NCBI GenBank assembly: GCA_012295275.1
Contig: CM022667.1
Span: 15,128,001-15,192,000, forward strand
DNA length: 64,000 nt
Direction: 5' to 3'
DNA from: Chrysomallon squamiferum
Taxonomy: Eukaryota > Animalia > Mollusca
Shown one piece after another: positions 40,771 through 56,582 of this stretch. Within the stretch, counting starts at the first letter, position 1; each line of letters begins with the position of its first letter. A program made the translations under genes and the position numbers. The notes under the pieces are model-generated. The model saw only the letters and a list, made by a program, of their open reading frames with translations, had not been told where the DNA came from and did not search any database.

Positions 40771-41593
40771 AATATGTGTGTCTTGCTATAAATTCTTGAA
40801 TTTTGAAATGCAAACAGAAGTTTATAATAACCTCCTATAAATAAATCACCTAAGACGAACGAACAAAAATTAACTATGAGGAAATTAAGAAGAAAGAAAA
40901 ATCTTATAATTCTAACAATCTTACACTTTTCTTTGAAGTTACATATCAATAAAGTCCGATAGACGGCACTATATTAATAATCGGTTTTCTTTACTTTAAT
41001 CTTGCCATTACTTCCGGTCACGTGATCTGTGCCGACTGGACACTTATTAGCTAATTGACTGTTTGTCAGAAGTGTGTTTCTTCGCCAGTGCGATAGCTTT
41101 TAGTATCCATCGAAATTATCGAAGTAACTGGGCTTTGATGTTCCGACAAAAAGGGTTGCAGGCCTTTACTTTACGGCTGAAGTTCTCCAGAGCTATCGAT
41201 GTTTCTAGTTTACTGGTGGTGTACTAAATCGTGCTTTTTTATTCTTCGCAAATCGTCAAAACCTCAGTGTAACCGTGGCATAATAAATCTTTTTTTTTTT
41301 TTTTTTTTTTTAACAAGCATTCGTAAATTACATTCAGAAGTTATAGTTCAAATCCAGATTGATTTAATAAATTTTATATTTTGTTATGAAGTTAAAATGA
41401 TAAAATATTGCTCAGTCCGTGAATCACTTGGTCTTTTGGTTTCATTTATTTATTTTTTCTCTTCATCTTTTTTTTTTGTTTGCTTGTGTATGTGCATGTT
41501 TCACTTATTTATTTATTTATGTATCTATTTAGTTAGTTAGTTATTACATGAATATCGTACATAAGATAGAAAAAGTAAGAGATAAAGTGACAG

Positions 41594-41683
<90 letters not shown>

Positions 41684-42897
41684 GGTAGGTAGGTAGGTAG
41701 GTAAACAGTCAGACAGACAAACAGAAGAGATAATACAGAAATAGATGGAGAAAGAGACAAAAAGACAAAAGAGATACGTAATACTATACGTCTATTCTAC
41801 ATCGGTAACGAGAACTGAAAATCAGCTAATTAAGTATATTCAGCTGACAGCCGAGGATGGTCTCTTATTTTTCTAATGTTACTTTTACTGTCAATTAACT
41901 GAGTCAGACTTGGTCATAATAATGGTCATGATCGATGAGATACTAGTCCTCTGCCAAGACCACTTCTTTTATTTTTTATTTTTTTACATTTGCAAGAAGA
42001 CAGACAACATAGAAGAGTAATTTTCTTTAGATTGGACGCCTCTGGCGAACTTACAATACAAAAATCAAATAATAAAAATAATCAGATAACCACTTACCGT
42101 CTTGGATATCGAATTTATCCGCGTTAACCGTGTTTAGAGTTTTAATATTTGTGGGTCAATACGTTTATCCGGTCAGCGATGCTTTTCAACAAAGAGGACT
42201 GCCACTCTGTATTTATTCGCGTGAAAATCGTGCAGTTTTATTAAAGCGATTCAGATACTTGGAAGGATTTTTACTCATTAACTAAAGAAACGTTTGTGAA
42301 TTAAGTAGAAAAAAAAAAAAAGATGCAAAATTCAGTTTAACCCTTCTAGGAATAAAACAGAATAAATAAATTAAATATAAAGAATATATTTATTTATTCA
42401 CGATATCTAGAGATATAATGAAAAATTTCATATATAAATACCCAAATGATTAATTAATAACATTTAGGAATATAAGGTTCAAAAAAAAAAAAAAAAAAAA
42501 AAGGACTTAGAAATTTGTCAAATGCAGTAATTAATGACGATCAATAGTTACGGTTTAAAAAAATTAATAATTTTATTATAGGTAATGCGTTTTGTAATAT
42601 ATTATCATAATTAGCTCTGACAGCCAGAGTACACTTTTGAAGATGTAATCTTACATTTCTAATTCTTCTGTTCTGTTAACTTGATAACATCTTAATTCGA
42701 TGACGTTAATCATTTCAATTACTGCCGTACTTAAACTGAATTAAAACTGAAGTAGTTTTAAATGTCAAGTGAATTTCAATGCAAGAGACGTAATAACTAG
42801 AACTAAAAATTTAAAGACTTCTTTTTTGCACAGAAATATACTTTTTCCGTTTCATCAGTTTCTTCTGGTTGTAATCTTAGAATTTCTGCTGTCTGAG

Positions 42898-42988
<91 letters not shown>

Positions 42989-43679
42989 CGACAACTTGAT
43001 CCATTCTGTTCATCAGACACATGTGTCTCTTGTGACCTCAGATTCCTTCATTTTCACCTTATTGAAACTTCCGTAACGATTAAACCTATCTTCATAATCA
43101 GAATTTTCAGCGCTTTTTTTTTAAAACCATTAATAATAATAATAATAGTAACGACAACAACAAGAGCAACAACATAATAATAATAATAAATGTAACAACA
43201 ATAAATATGATCACCATCGCCTCGACATCATCATTATCACCATCACAATCATAATAATTGTCGTTTTCAAATATGCATTAGACATCTAAATTCTTCAAGT
43301 CCAGCACACCTATCTCCACTTCTTCTTCGGCCACAGTGATAATGGCGCTGTTCTGAAAACGCTATCAATGTGCGGTGCTGTCCATGTTGATAAAACAAAT
43401 ATTTCATTAAGTGGTTTTTGTCTGATCAAATAGCTTCGACACGCGACCAATCAACATCATTATCTTTATATGATGGAATCTCGGACAAACGGGATGAATT
43501 AATTATTATTATTCGTGTCAGAAAGAAATAATTGAAAGAAGGGCTCATCATTCACGATTCTCTGGAGACTTCACAGAGAAGGTATTAGCTTCAGACTAAG
43601 TGATAAGTTTGTTTTCTGCCTCTGCATATGTGTATTACAGAGAGAAAAAAGAGAGAGCGAGCGAGCGAGAGAGAGAGAG

Positions 43680-43765
<86 letters not shown>

Positions 43766-44771
43766 TAAGATGGTCAAAGAATCAAAGAATGAGAAACAGA
43801 TAATGTATTAGAAAATGAGAGAGAGGAGTGAAAGAAAGAAGAAAGAGAAATTAAGAAGGACAAAGAAGAATCGGTGTATGGATGGACGGATGGATGGATG
43901 GATAGATACAGAAGCAAATACATATGGGAGTGAGACATAGATGGATGAGAAAGTGAAAAGTGCACAGTTCAGAAGGAAAGATAATAATAGGGTTTAAAGT
44001 ATTAAATAAATAAATAAATAAAAAAAAAAATAATATTAAAGGATTTATAAGAAATATTCCTTTATAAATAACTATATGACAAATATGATCTTTTTCCTGA
44101 AATTACTATTCGTTTTATAATTCACTTTCTACAACATGTGTGAATTTAAAAAAAAAAAAAAACATTTACAACAATTACCTGAAATGTCATCAATGTTACT
44201 TTGCTGGTTATTTCTTTGGACGTGTCATCTAGGAAGTTGTAGACGCTATGTGAAATACAAACCGTCGTTATTTACGATTTCTTTCGCTATATCGTTTTCA
44301 AATCCCATTTTCCTTCAGCGATCAGCCTTGGGAGTTACTGGTAATCTCCTTCTTTTTTATTATTCATCAGAGAGTCAGCCATCTTGAACAATCGATATTT
44401 TGAATTTTCTTTAATATTTTCTGACTTATTTTTTTCAGTTATTTGTTTCAACATTCGTTCGTTTTTGTTAAATACTTGGCGCTGTAGGCAAGGAGGAGCT
44501 TTAGAAAGAACAGACAGCGAAATTGCTGTATTTCCTCTTTCCTTTTTCTCTCTTTCGTTCTTTTTTCCTTCTTTCTTCATTTATTATTTATCTTTTTTTC
44601 TTTCTTTTTTTTTCCTTTTATTCCTTCGTTCACTCCTTCTGGCATTCTGACTCTTCCGTTCATTTTAGAATTTTTTCCTCTTTTAAATGTTTTTTTTTTG
44701 TTGTTTTTTTGGCGAATGTTTTCGTATGCTTTTACTATTGTTTATTTATTTATTTATTTATTTATCATTGC

Positions 44772-44838
<67 letters not shown>

Positions 44839-45608
44839 GTTGTTGTTGTTGTTGTTGTTGTGTTTGTTGTTGTTGTTCCATTCTTTTCTACTGTTTGTAA
44901 AATGTGTTTTACTTCCACGTTTTACTCCGCTTTCTGCATGTTAATGGTAGAATTTATATCTCTACTGATTGATGATTCTCATGATGCTATCTCGATGATG
45001 ATGGTAACGATGACGATGATGATGGAAAAGTTCAATTACTGATTCACATTTATTTCATCAATTTTGTTTCAAATAAATAAATAAAAGGTTAGAAAGAAAA
45101 GGAAATTAATTCAATATCCTACACTTAATGTAGACATTGATTATTTATTATCCTTTCATTTAACAACTAAGGTTTAAACGCACATCCACCTACTGAATCT
45201 TAAGGTACGCCTGCCTTGGGCACACAGTCTGTAATCCTGGTTTATATTAGACTGTTAAAATATTAGTTACAAAGGGTACACTGATCTTACACGTTCTAAA
45301 AAGAGCTCAGAATTTGTGCCTATTCAGTGATTCGACCAAACTTAATGTACTCATTCTTATAATTTAATGTAGCGTGCTCATCAGACATTCCTTGTTCGAG
45401 ATCTGTGCGAAAAAAAAAATGGTGAATTAACTATTAATTTATAATATATATTTAATGAAAATAAAGTCCTTACTGTAAGTTACTTATTGTTTTGTTTAAT
45501 TTTAATTTTAATTTTAATTTTAATTTCAATTTCAAATTTAATTTTAATTTTAATAATTATATTATTTAAACTGTATTTGGTGTTAACGCTTAAAAATATA
45601 TGAAGGAT

Positions 45609-45703
<95 letters not shown>

Positions 45704-46160
45704 AAATTTTTTATTAAATGAATGACGTAGCTAATTATGTCTAGATGTCTATATGATAAATATAATACAGATACCGAATCAATGAAAGATGATGAAATGA
45801 ATAGATAGATGTATGGATAGATATGAAGATGGATGAATGGATGGATGGATGACAGATGGATAAGTGGATGTATGGGAAGATATATATAGTGGATATGATT
45901 TTAAAGGCCGTACAATGGGTTTTATAAATTATAAAAGTACAAGAGTATTTATTCCAAACATTAATATAAATATGCAGATGGGAACTGATTATTGCGTGTG
46001 AAGATTCATCAACGAAAGTGCTATTAAAGTCAACGCAGTCTTTTTGCGACCGTTGTAAGCAGAAGACGTTGTTATTTAATCTCTGCTTATTACTAGTGAC
46101 ACATTAAAATCGTGTCCCTAATTGCCATTTCGAAATCGGAGAGTGTCACATCGACATGGT

Positions 46161-46378
46161 GGCCAATCTGTGACTAATGCGTCGTTCTCGTGAAATCTTT
46201 CCAGTGATTCTGCTCATAAAACTCGCGCAAATTAACCGTGAAATCAAATACAAACCCCAGATGATGCCGCTGCTGATCCAGTGATCCCTAAGTGTGTAGT
46301 GCAGATGTCCGTAATATTAGTTTTCAAACAAGCCGGTTTTCATAACGTACAGACGAAGGACAATATATACAGGTGAGT
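46161..46378 (+). promoter_or_regulatory. Putative second promoter and first exon (~46245-46372)
   Basis: GGCCAATC (46161), TGACTAA (46171), CATAAAA (46215), a TCA initiator exactly 30 nt downstream and a perfect CAG|GTGAGT donor at 46372/46373. Confidence 0.4.
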
Positions 46379-46411
46379 GTTTGTGTGTGCTCTGCGTTTA
46401 TGTGTTAATGC

Positions 46412-46508
<97 letters not shown>

Positions 46509-47402
46509 TTTTAAAATTAATTTTATTTTCATTCGATCGGTCGTCAGTGATATAGCTTGACGTTTAATACATATCATGTCTTTAAATTTAATTTATTTAT
46601 TTATTTATTTATTCATTCATTCATTCATTCATTCATTCATTCATTCATTTATTTTTAACGAAATCATAAACTATCAAAATACAATCAAAATTATACCAAA
46701 CATTCAAAATCCTGCAAGCTTTATTTTCTCTTTTACTTTTTAACCCTGCCTCTAATTTTCATATCAGTTCTTTTATAGGAGAGACACAATTACGTCGAAG
46801 TCGTTTAGTCTGAAATCGTTACGCTTAACAGTCAAATCTTCATCAAATATAGCTGTCGTGTTATTCTTTCAACATCGACAGCGACAGTCATCAGCAAACT
46901 GATCGTCAAGTTACTTTAGTCGTAAATTTCCGTCATTAAGTCTGTACTGTTGATGACGTATGTACGTCAAGCGAAGGCAGGTTCAAGATGCTAGCCAGGT
47001 CATGCTAGAGCTAAGCACGCTTAGCGTGGGCATAATATCGGTGGCTTTCTAGAACAACACTAGAATGACTAAATGAACATTTATTTTACGATTCATTTTT
47101 GTATCAAATTACGTGTATTTTTTTTTTTTTTGTATTGTTGAGGAATCCAGCATGAAATTTGCTGGTGCCACAGCAAGGTTGCTTTTATCGATTTTGTGTG
47201 ACATATCTTTTTAACTGTTTATTTTATTTTATTTTATTTTATTATTTTCAAAGAAAAAAGTACACATCATTGTCATTTTTCACACACGTTGTGGAAGTGT
47301 AAGCGGAATGGGAAATATCTCAATTCACATGCATATTAGTATACATATATACAAAAACACACAACCACACTATATCTATATCTATATCTATCTATCTATC
47401 TA

Positions 47403-47452
<50 letters not shown>

Positions 47453-47904
47453 GATGTGATCTTTATTGTCAACTTAAACGATGTCTTTAATATAAACAAA
47501 TATAAATGTAAGTAAAAAAATTAACGAAAAAAAAAAAAAAAGAAAAAAGAAAAAGAAACATGAAGTGATTATTCACTGATTCACACACATATTCGTGAAA
47601 ATGTAATAAATCTTGATCAATTTTTTTTTACATGTCCTGATTTCTTTTACATGTTTAATTTATCATTGATCTTCCGTTAACAAGCACATTTTTTTTTTAC
47701 GACACCTAACGATAACACTGTAACTATCAGCGTAACATTGATTTTACGCTGAGAAAACTATCATCTGGTTTGCAAATGTGACACAAAACGTCAAGAAGGT
47801 AACGAGTATTGATATTACCAGAACAGAGTTCGATATAAACACACCTTTAAGTGAAAGGTTATTGATGCAGGACGTGAATTTGTGTGTAAAATTGTTATTA
47901 CTGA

Positions 47905-47944
<40 letters not shown>

Positions 47945-49212
47945 TTTTAATTATTTGCCTAATTTCAAGCATTTCTTTTTTCATATATTTCTCTGTTACT
48001 TTCATTATTTCTTTTCTTTACTTTCAAGCCTTTATTGGGGCCTTTGTTCTGCTTTCTTGTTGCTTTCTTTATAATTCTCTTTCATGTTCTGGATATTTTG
48101 TCCCTTTTGATGTACGTGTTCGTGGTATTCGTCTTCTTCTTCTTTCTTCTTCTTCTTCTTCTTCTTCTTCTTTTCAGTCTTTTGTTATTTATTTGCATAA
48201 TAACATCAGTAAACGTATAATCTGTATCTGTGTATCTGTGTAAATCTTTCTTTGCTTGTCTAGCTCTGTCTGTCTGTCTGACTGTATGTAAGAATGTATC
48301 TACATAGGTACCTAGGTTTGCTGCGAATGTATATATAATATACAAATGGAATAATGAGAAGAAGAGAGAAATTTACCGATAAATCATATAATAAGATAGT
48401 TCATTTTTTCAAATGACATATCAAAATTTAAAATCAGTCTTATGGGCATCTTTCCCCAACTAATATATAAATATAAAATATATATATATTGCCCAGGTGT
48501 CTGTTGTCTATACATATGTATATAATGATTTTAAACTCACATCTAAAATATATGTTTTCGTTTTAAACTCAAGTAAAATATAAGTTTTCGTACAACTCAG
48601 TAAAATTACTTAAAAAACAAAAAATCTAAACATTAATTTCTTTATTACGCTGACGGCTCTGATGACGTTGATTAATATGAAAATTGCTGAAGCGTTATCA
48701 CACAATTAATAACGACAGAGAGTGCACGTTTTAAAACGAAACTAATGTGCGAAACCGCCCAGGTGGTGGTGGCCAACTTCGTGCTAATGTGAACAATTTA
48801 TTGTCTCGACAATTATTGCGTCTTTCCCGTGCTGCTGCTGCTGCCAAAGTTCGAGTTTTCTATTGATGTCTGCAGTAAATGGCCAAGTCTTTGTCGTTTC
48901 CTGTCGCAATTAATGTTTCCTTTGTCATTTGATGTTGCAGGAGCGTTTCGGTCGTTAGATATTAATGTGTGTGCGTGTGTATGTGTGTGTAAATGTATGT
49001 ATGTACGTATATTGTCTGGCTGTCCATCGATCTATTTATTTCTCTATCCATCCGTCCATCCATCTATATATCTCTCTATCCATTCGTTCTATTCCCTCTA
49101 TCTATTGATCTGTCTATCCGTCTGTTTATTTGTCTGTCTGTCTGTCTGTTCTCTGTTTGTCTGTCTATCTATCTGTCTGTCTGTCTGTCTATCTATCTGT
49201 CTACCTATATAC

Positions 49213-49245
<33 letters not shown>

Positions 49246-49853
49246 AAAATGTGTTTGTCTGTTCTGTAGATAGCATATACAATTGTAATTCCTTTTGTTT
49301 TACTTGTAACATTGTATAATAGATTCTAGAACGCAGAAGCGAGTCTTTCATTGTAATGAGGCTATCAAAAGTAACTATTCTTGTCGCACTATTTTCTTAT
49401 AGTAATCTTTGACGTTAATTATTGTGTCTCTGTTTCCTTTTGTTATTTGTTGTTTCGTGTAGTTGAAAGTTTACATAACAGTTAATATGTTGCGGTCACA
49501 GAAGAGGTGAGATACTGTTATATGTCAGACGTATCAGGGTATAATTATATATCATACAATGTCACATTTAATGAATGTGGAAGCCTGTGAAATGACTCAA
49601 TTGTGTTGTAGAAGCGTTCTGTTAAAATACATTTTTCACACGCTGACCTTATTCTTTTGCGTTTCGTAATTAAAATAAAAGCATAATTATTGTTATTCCA
49701 TGTCACAATAACATTTCGTTTTCATTTGAGGTCATAAAAAACGTAGTATGTTTTATCTGTAACATTTCCTAACAGAAAACTAATTTTAATAAAATTATTG
49801 TTATTGTTATTATTATTGCTACTAGTACTACTACTAGTACTACTGGTTTTTAC

Positions 49854-49910
<57 letters not shown>

Positions 49911-50698
49911 CTTTTGTTTCCTGTTATTAATTTTTTTTATTATTAAAAAATCGAAAATTGTTCTGCGGCTGAAATCTGTTGCTGTAGGAATCGCGGAACG
50001 ATAAAGTGAAATGTTTTGCGATAAAAAGTCAATTTGTATTTTTACTTGATAAACCGCGGACATGCCAGAATCACGTTCAGAGCCACAGTGAGTCGACTGT
50101 GTTTGCTCAAGATTCATAAATTACGGCTTTAATGGCTTTAAAGTTAATAACATCTTTACTGCACAAAGTCGAGGAAAGGAAACTACGTTTTATGCCACAT
50201 TGGTACCCAGTCGAATCAAAGGAAAGACTTCTATCATCAAACGTAACCCCAGGTTCACGTTTCCGAGAAAGCTGTTCAAATACTTTGTACTTCTCTCTTT
50301 GAGTTGAAAATTATGTCTTACGAATGCGATGTAATGCGTTATCTATATTATTAATATATCTCATTAAATTTCTAACCGTAATTATACGTGCATACATACA
50401 CACATACGTACATGAACACATACGTACGTATATACACATTTACATACATACATAAGCTAATGCAACCAAGCATTCATCTATCTATGCACGCAAAAATGAC
50501 GAAAGTCAAAGAATGGGAAGCGATAATTACGCTCGGTTTTAGCAGTCTTTATTAAGGTGGTCTTGTCTTATTTATTTACTTATCCACCTGTTTACTCATC
50601 TATCCAGTTACTGATCTATCAGTCAATCCGGCTGTCTGTTCGTGGTCCATCCGTCTTTATGTCTGTCATTCTGTCTGTCTCTATCTATATCTAAATTA

Positions 50699-50900
50699 GG
50701 CAGCCAAACGGTAACGTTGTCCGCCTTCGGAGCGAATGTGTATCATACGTTCGAGTCTCGTCAGCGGCATCTGACAGGATTTCTGAGGTCGTGATTGGAC
50801 TTTGTCCTCCTGCGCCATTGCGTTCCCGAATATTGTCTATCTGCAGAGTCTAATCTGAGGTACATTAGACAGGGAATATTCAAATCATAGCAATCATACG
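50699..50900 (+). mobile_element. tRNA(Arg)-like SINE
   Basis: A-box-like CAGCCAAACGG (50701), anticodon arm TCCGC-CTTCGGA-GCGAA (anticodon TCG), B-box-like CGTTCGAGTCT (50748), followed by a non-tRNA body and a simple-repeat tail. Confidence 0.6.
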
Positions 50901-51515
50901 CACACATTTACATACTTAAACTAATCATGCATCGATGTGTGTGTACAATGCACACAGGCATCCGTCTATCCATCCATAAATACATATATATATATACATG
51001 TGTGTACTTACGTATGTAAGATAGTAATTACAAATACCCTGACTTATTGACAGAGAAAAAAACAACAACTAACTAACATTAAAAATAATTAACGAATCAA
51101 TATATTATTGTGTGTTGTTCAGCACTGTTGCCTGGTTACCCATCTAAGGCCATAACGAAATACTTATTATTTCTAACTTGCTTTATGGTACTAATATTTA
51201 TAAACTCTGTAATGCCGTACTTCCTCGCCAAAGTGGTCGTTAGAGGGTGGCATTTTCATTCTTTTCAGAACTCCCTTTGTCTCCGTCGTGTCAAAGACAT
51301 TGATTGAACGTGCAGAAAGCTTTGTTAAAGTAAATTAGGTAGCTTTGATAACGACGACAAACAGAGTGTGAGAAACAGGGAAAAACACTTCAGAAGTACA
51401 CAGATTTTAAACAAACGTGAGAAAGAAAACAATGAAGACGTTGGGCCTCTATTGTTCCACGAAGAAGCGAGGGAAATAGAAAACAGTTTAAAATTTATTA
51501 TTATTATTATTATTA

Positions 51516-51568
<53 letters not shown>

Positions 51569-51806
51569 TTCTTATTTATTTATTTATTTATTTATTTACT
51601 TATCCATCTATTTATTCGTCTACCCAATTACTGATCTGTCAGTCAATCCGTCTGTTAGTTCGTCGTCCATCCACCCATCCATCCATTCGTCCGTCCTTAT
51701 ATATGTCAGTCTGTCTGTCTGTCTGTCTCTATATCTATCTATCTATCTATCTACCTATCTATCACTCGCTCCATCCATATATATGAGTGTGTGTGTGCGT
51801 GTTTGC

Positions 51807-51904
<98 letters not shown>

Positions 51905-53625
51905 GTATATATATATATATATATATGTTGTATGTAGTGGGCAGTTATTATCATGTCATACAGAAAATACAAAAAATTAGGCCACATAAACTAATTTTCC
52001 AAATTTTGGATACGTTGATTTCCAAGGTTACAGCAAGGAGACCCTTTAACTCTTCCAGATTACATTTAGTAGTATTTTCTTTATGTTTACGAGTACCGTT
52101 GACTGCGATATCTTTTTTGAAGATCTGCTCAGATCTGAAAAAAAAAAAAAGAAAAAAAAAGTAATCTGAATTACTTTCTTGTACTGAAGGAACTATATCT
52201 GCATTTCGGTTAATGTAATGATGTGGCGAGATTTACAAAATTAAATTACAAATCAAAAAAGGAAAAAAAAAGAAAAAATAAAAAAGAAGAAGAAAGAAAC
52301 AGAGCAAAAGAAAATGGAAGCATAAAAGAAAAAAGACAAGAAAAAAAAAAAAAAAAAAAAAAAACCAGAAAATAAGAAATAATGGATGAAATAAGTAATT
52401 AATGGTAAGAAATAAGTAACCAAAGTAGAAACAAAAAATTATATACTTGAGTTTATGTTCATTTTTCAATCCTTTTTGGATCTTTTAATGCATATTACCA
52501 AATGAAAAAAAAAAAAAAAAAAAAGCGAAAACATAATAACATAATAACAATAGAACAACAACAGTAATAACAAAAAAAAAAGATAGTTGTAATTAAAGAC
52601 TTTTTATAAATTTATTTACCTAATTCTAATAAAGTAGCAATAATTTCTGCCTCTCAGAATTAATCAATTAATTAATGAATTTCTACGTTTGTTTACTTTC
52701 CTACTTATTTACTTACTTAATTATTTATTCTAACATCGTAGCGAAAATTGCTGTTTTTAGTTTTTCTTTACCAGCATAAAAGATTTCTTACACTTGATTT
52801 TAAATAATCCTCATCCAAACAGACAAGTATTTAAATATTAGAAGAAACCTTACCCCAAAGTGATACCGCATTTGACGTCATAGTAGTGTTGACGTCATAC
52901 TACTGGATTATAATGTAGTACTGTTGGCCTTAAAATGCCTAAGTTTAAAGTTTACAGTCAAGATTGTATGCATGTTATGTGTTTTTTTTTTTCTTAAGTC
53001 ATCATAATCATAATATTCTTCTCTTATTTTCCATTTCTTCGTTTTTCGTCTTTTTCTCCGTTTTATTCATTTACCTTCTTTTACTGTATTTCAATCATCA
53101 TCATCATCATCATCATGTTCTTCATTTTTCTTTTTCTGTTTTGCTTTATTCTTTATCAATCTTCTTATCATCCTCTTCTTTCTTATTCTGTCACCGTTTT
53201 TCTCTTTTTTTCTCTTGGCTTCTTCTTTCTTTTAATTTGTTCTTCAGTCATTCTGTACTTCTTCCATTTGCTTCTTCCTCTGTCTTGTTCTTCTTCAGTC
53301 ATCTTCATTCTCTTGTTCTCTACAGTTATCCTTTGCTTCTTCTTCTTTCTTCCTTCTTCTTATTCAATCATCCTTTCTTTTCTTCTTCGGTCATCCTGCT
53401 TCTGTTTTATCTCTTCTATAATTCTTTTCTTTCTGTATTCTTTTTTTAAATATCTCGTTTCCAAAACAAAGCCGACATTTTACACTATGCGTCTGGACGT
53501 TATTTATGAACGTGTGAGAGAAATGTTGATATTGATCTTGGTGTCCCAGTGTATTGTTGTCAGTATACAGGTTAATAGTGTCATTATTTGTTAAATAATT
53601 CCCGTATTTTTTTTTTTTCTTGCAG

Positions 53626-53682
53626 TATGACGCTCTTATGTCACAGATGAAATAGGCTTTCTGATCTCAGTTATGGAGGACG
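53626..53682 (+). other. Putative internal exon carrying a start codon (ATG 53673; M-E-D, phase-1 donor)
   Basis: Strong acceptor (T)12CTTGCAG|, donor G|GTATGT, stops in all frames before gttATGG (good Kozak context). Confidence 0.4.
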
Positions 53683-53979
53683 GTATGTGAGCCTTATTTT
53701 TTATTTTAAATTTTCATTTGGATTGATTTTTTCACTTTTGTTTTTCACTTAATTATTCATTTATTTATGCACGTATATATATTACCCATTGATATTTATT
53801 TATTTATTTATTTGTTTATTTATTTATTCACATATTTGTTCATTCACTCGTTTGTCCATTATCTCGTGCATTCGTTTGTTAGAATTTAATCGTTTATAAC
53901 TAGGTTCCATTAACTGTTTGTTTGATTGCTTGGTTTGCTTAATTTGTTTTATTGTCTAACTGTTTATTGATTTATTGAT

Positions 53980-54038
<59 letters not shown>

Positions 54039-54094
54039 TAAATATGTACTGTTAGTAATATTGTTTGTAATGATGGTTGATGATCTTCAAACTT

Positions 54095-54262
54095 ACATAT
54101 TCTGAGAAACAGAGCTCGTCTCATCGGTATTTGGTTCGATCATCCTTCTTGTTATTACTGAGCTATTTCCCGTTACAACACGAACTCTTCGAGTAACAAA
54201 GCATGCAGACCATGCTATTCTATCCATCCATGACAAGATTCACACACATAGAAAAGAGTTAG
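54095..54262 (+). mobile_element. Degenerate tRNA-derived SINE
   Basis: B-box-like GGTTCGATC (~54133) followed by gagctatttcccgtt; similar to the minus strand of 39010-39146. Confidence 0.5.
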
Positions 54263-54786
54263 ATCTCTATACGTGATGATCAATTATTGGAATTTCAGAA
54301 ACTGCTGCGCCAGTGCATCCTATCTAAACATCTTTATAACAACCATTCCATAAATTCACGTTGAGTGAATACTGTAATAAGATTAATACAGAGCAGTTTT
54401 GAAACTGTCCATTCCATACACACTAATAAATAAAACTGATATTTGTTTTACGCATCGGGGTCTGCAGCTTAATATCGTAATTTCAGCGTCTCTTCGTAAC
54501 CGTTTGGCATAAGAGTCAACATTTATACAGCTAAGGTATAATAAATATATTCCTGTGTCAGATGTGATTTTTGTAAGCCAGATATATCATGTGTAAATAA
54601 CGATATTTTAAGCTTACGTGAAATATTTATTTCATCGTAGATCGTTGAGATAAAATTGTATTTGGCCACAACGTAAATAGGCTGACTCCGCTTTAAATAA
54701 TAATAATAATAATAATAATAATAATTACATTCTATGAATGTCAGGGCCGACAGAAGGCTATAAGTGAACACAGAAAATAAAGAGAG

Positions 54787-54860
<74 letters not shown>

Positions 54861-55625
54861 GACTGAAATGACAGAAAGAATGAAGGAATAAACAAATAAT
54901 TTAAAAATGTAAAAGAATGTAAGACAAAAAGCTGATGAATTATAAAAAGCAACAAACCCCCCACAAAAAACAAAAACAACAACAACAACAACAAGCAAAC
55001 AATTTGAATAGAAATGTATAAAGAACGTAATATATCTATATATATATATACATATGTATACGCATACATTAAAATGAATACACATACATGCAACTAAATA
55101 CATATACACACACAGCTTAGATTTAAATACAAATTAATTATCTGGCACAGGCATAAAAGCGCACATTGATGTATACTCCAACAAAACTTTTGTCATCATT
55201 AATTACTTTTATTACAAATAACGACGGAGAGAAAAAAAAAATCTATTTAGCCTGCGCAATTACTTATAATTGATAGATTCTATATCAAACACAATCCTGT
55301 AATAGTATTTCTAAGCCTTATGATTTCATTGCAGAATATTTCATCACGAGGCAACTTGTCTTTCATCATAAACGTTTGATTTTTAAAATAGCGTTTAGGA
55401 AGAAGCCAGAACGATCGTTTAATTACAAGACTAAACTCTAAACGATCTGTAATGAGATATCTGTAGGGGATCTAGTGTTACATGCAGATGGTTATCACCA
55501 ATCTCCACCACTCTAGTTTACCAGTTTAAAAAAGAAAAAAAAAAAAAAAATAATAATAAATACCGCCAGATGCCATTCATGTTTTTAACATTATTTTTTT
55601 TTCTTTTTTTTTTTTTAATCTTAAT

Positions 55626-55726
<101 letters not shown>

Positions 55727-56079
55727 TGCATTTATTTATTTTTACTTTTTATTATTATTATTTTTTTTATTTTTTTTTTATTTCAGATTTAATTTTCAGA
55801 TTTCAGATGATGAAATCAGTCAAAAAAAAGTATAGAAAAAAAGAAGAAACATTTAAATAATCCTTTAGATATTTTAAAAAACTCGTTTTTTAAAGATGAT
55901 AATATTAACGATCGCTAATACTCGTCTTTAAGAAGTGAATTAAAATATTCTATAGAGTACTATTGTTATTTAATACATACGTCATACTATAATGACGTAA
56001 AGTCGTCATGGAAACTCGATAATCGTTTAATTGATTTTAGCAGTGGCACAATTTAGAAGAACTTTGATATTTTGTCAAA

Positions 56080-56168
<89 letters not shown>

Positions 56169-56533
56169 AACCGAGAGAAAGAGGGGAAAAAAAACAAGAA
56201 CGAAGTGAAAGGAAAAGAAACCATAGAGCTTAACGATGATCATAATCGTCATCATCGTAATCATCATCATCATCATCATTATTGTTATTTAATATATCTC
56301 TCTTCCTTTATCTCTCTCTTTCTTACATACACACAGAAGCGCGCACACACACACATACACACAAACAAAAACACCTAAATTGTTATATATATATTAGATA
56401 AACCCATTTTTGTTACAACATTCGTCTACTTTGTTCGTTTAAAATCAGTTTAATTATCAACATTTAATTATGACATGAAGTAGACTCCCAATATTCTTGG
56501 CACCCTCATTTATTTAATATTTATTTATTTATT

Positions 56534-56582
<49 letters not shown>

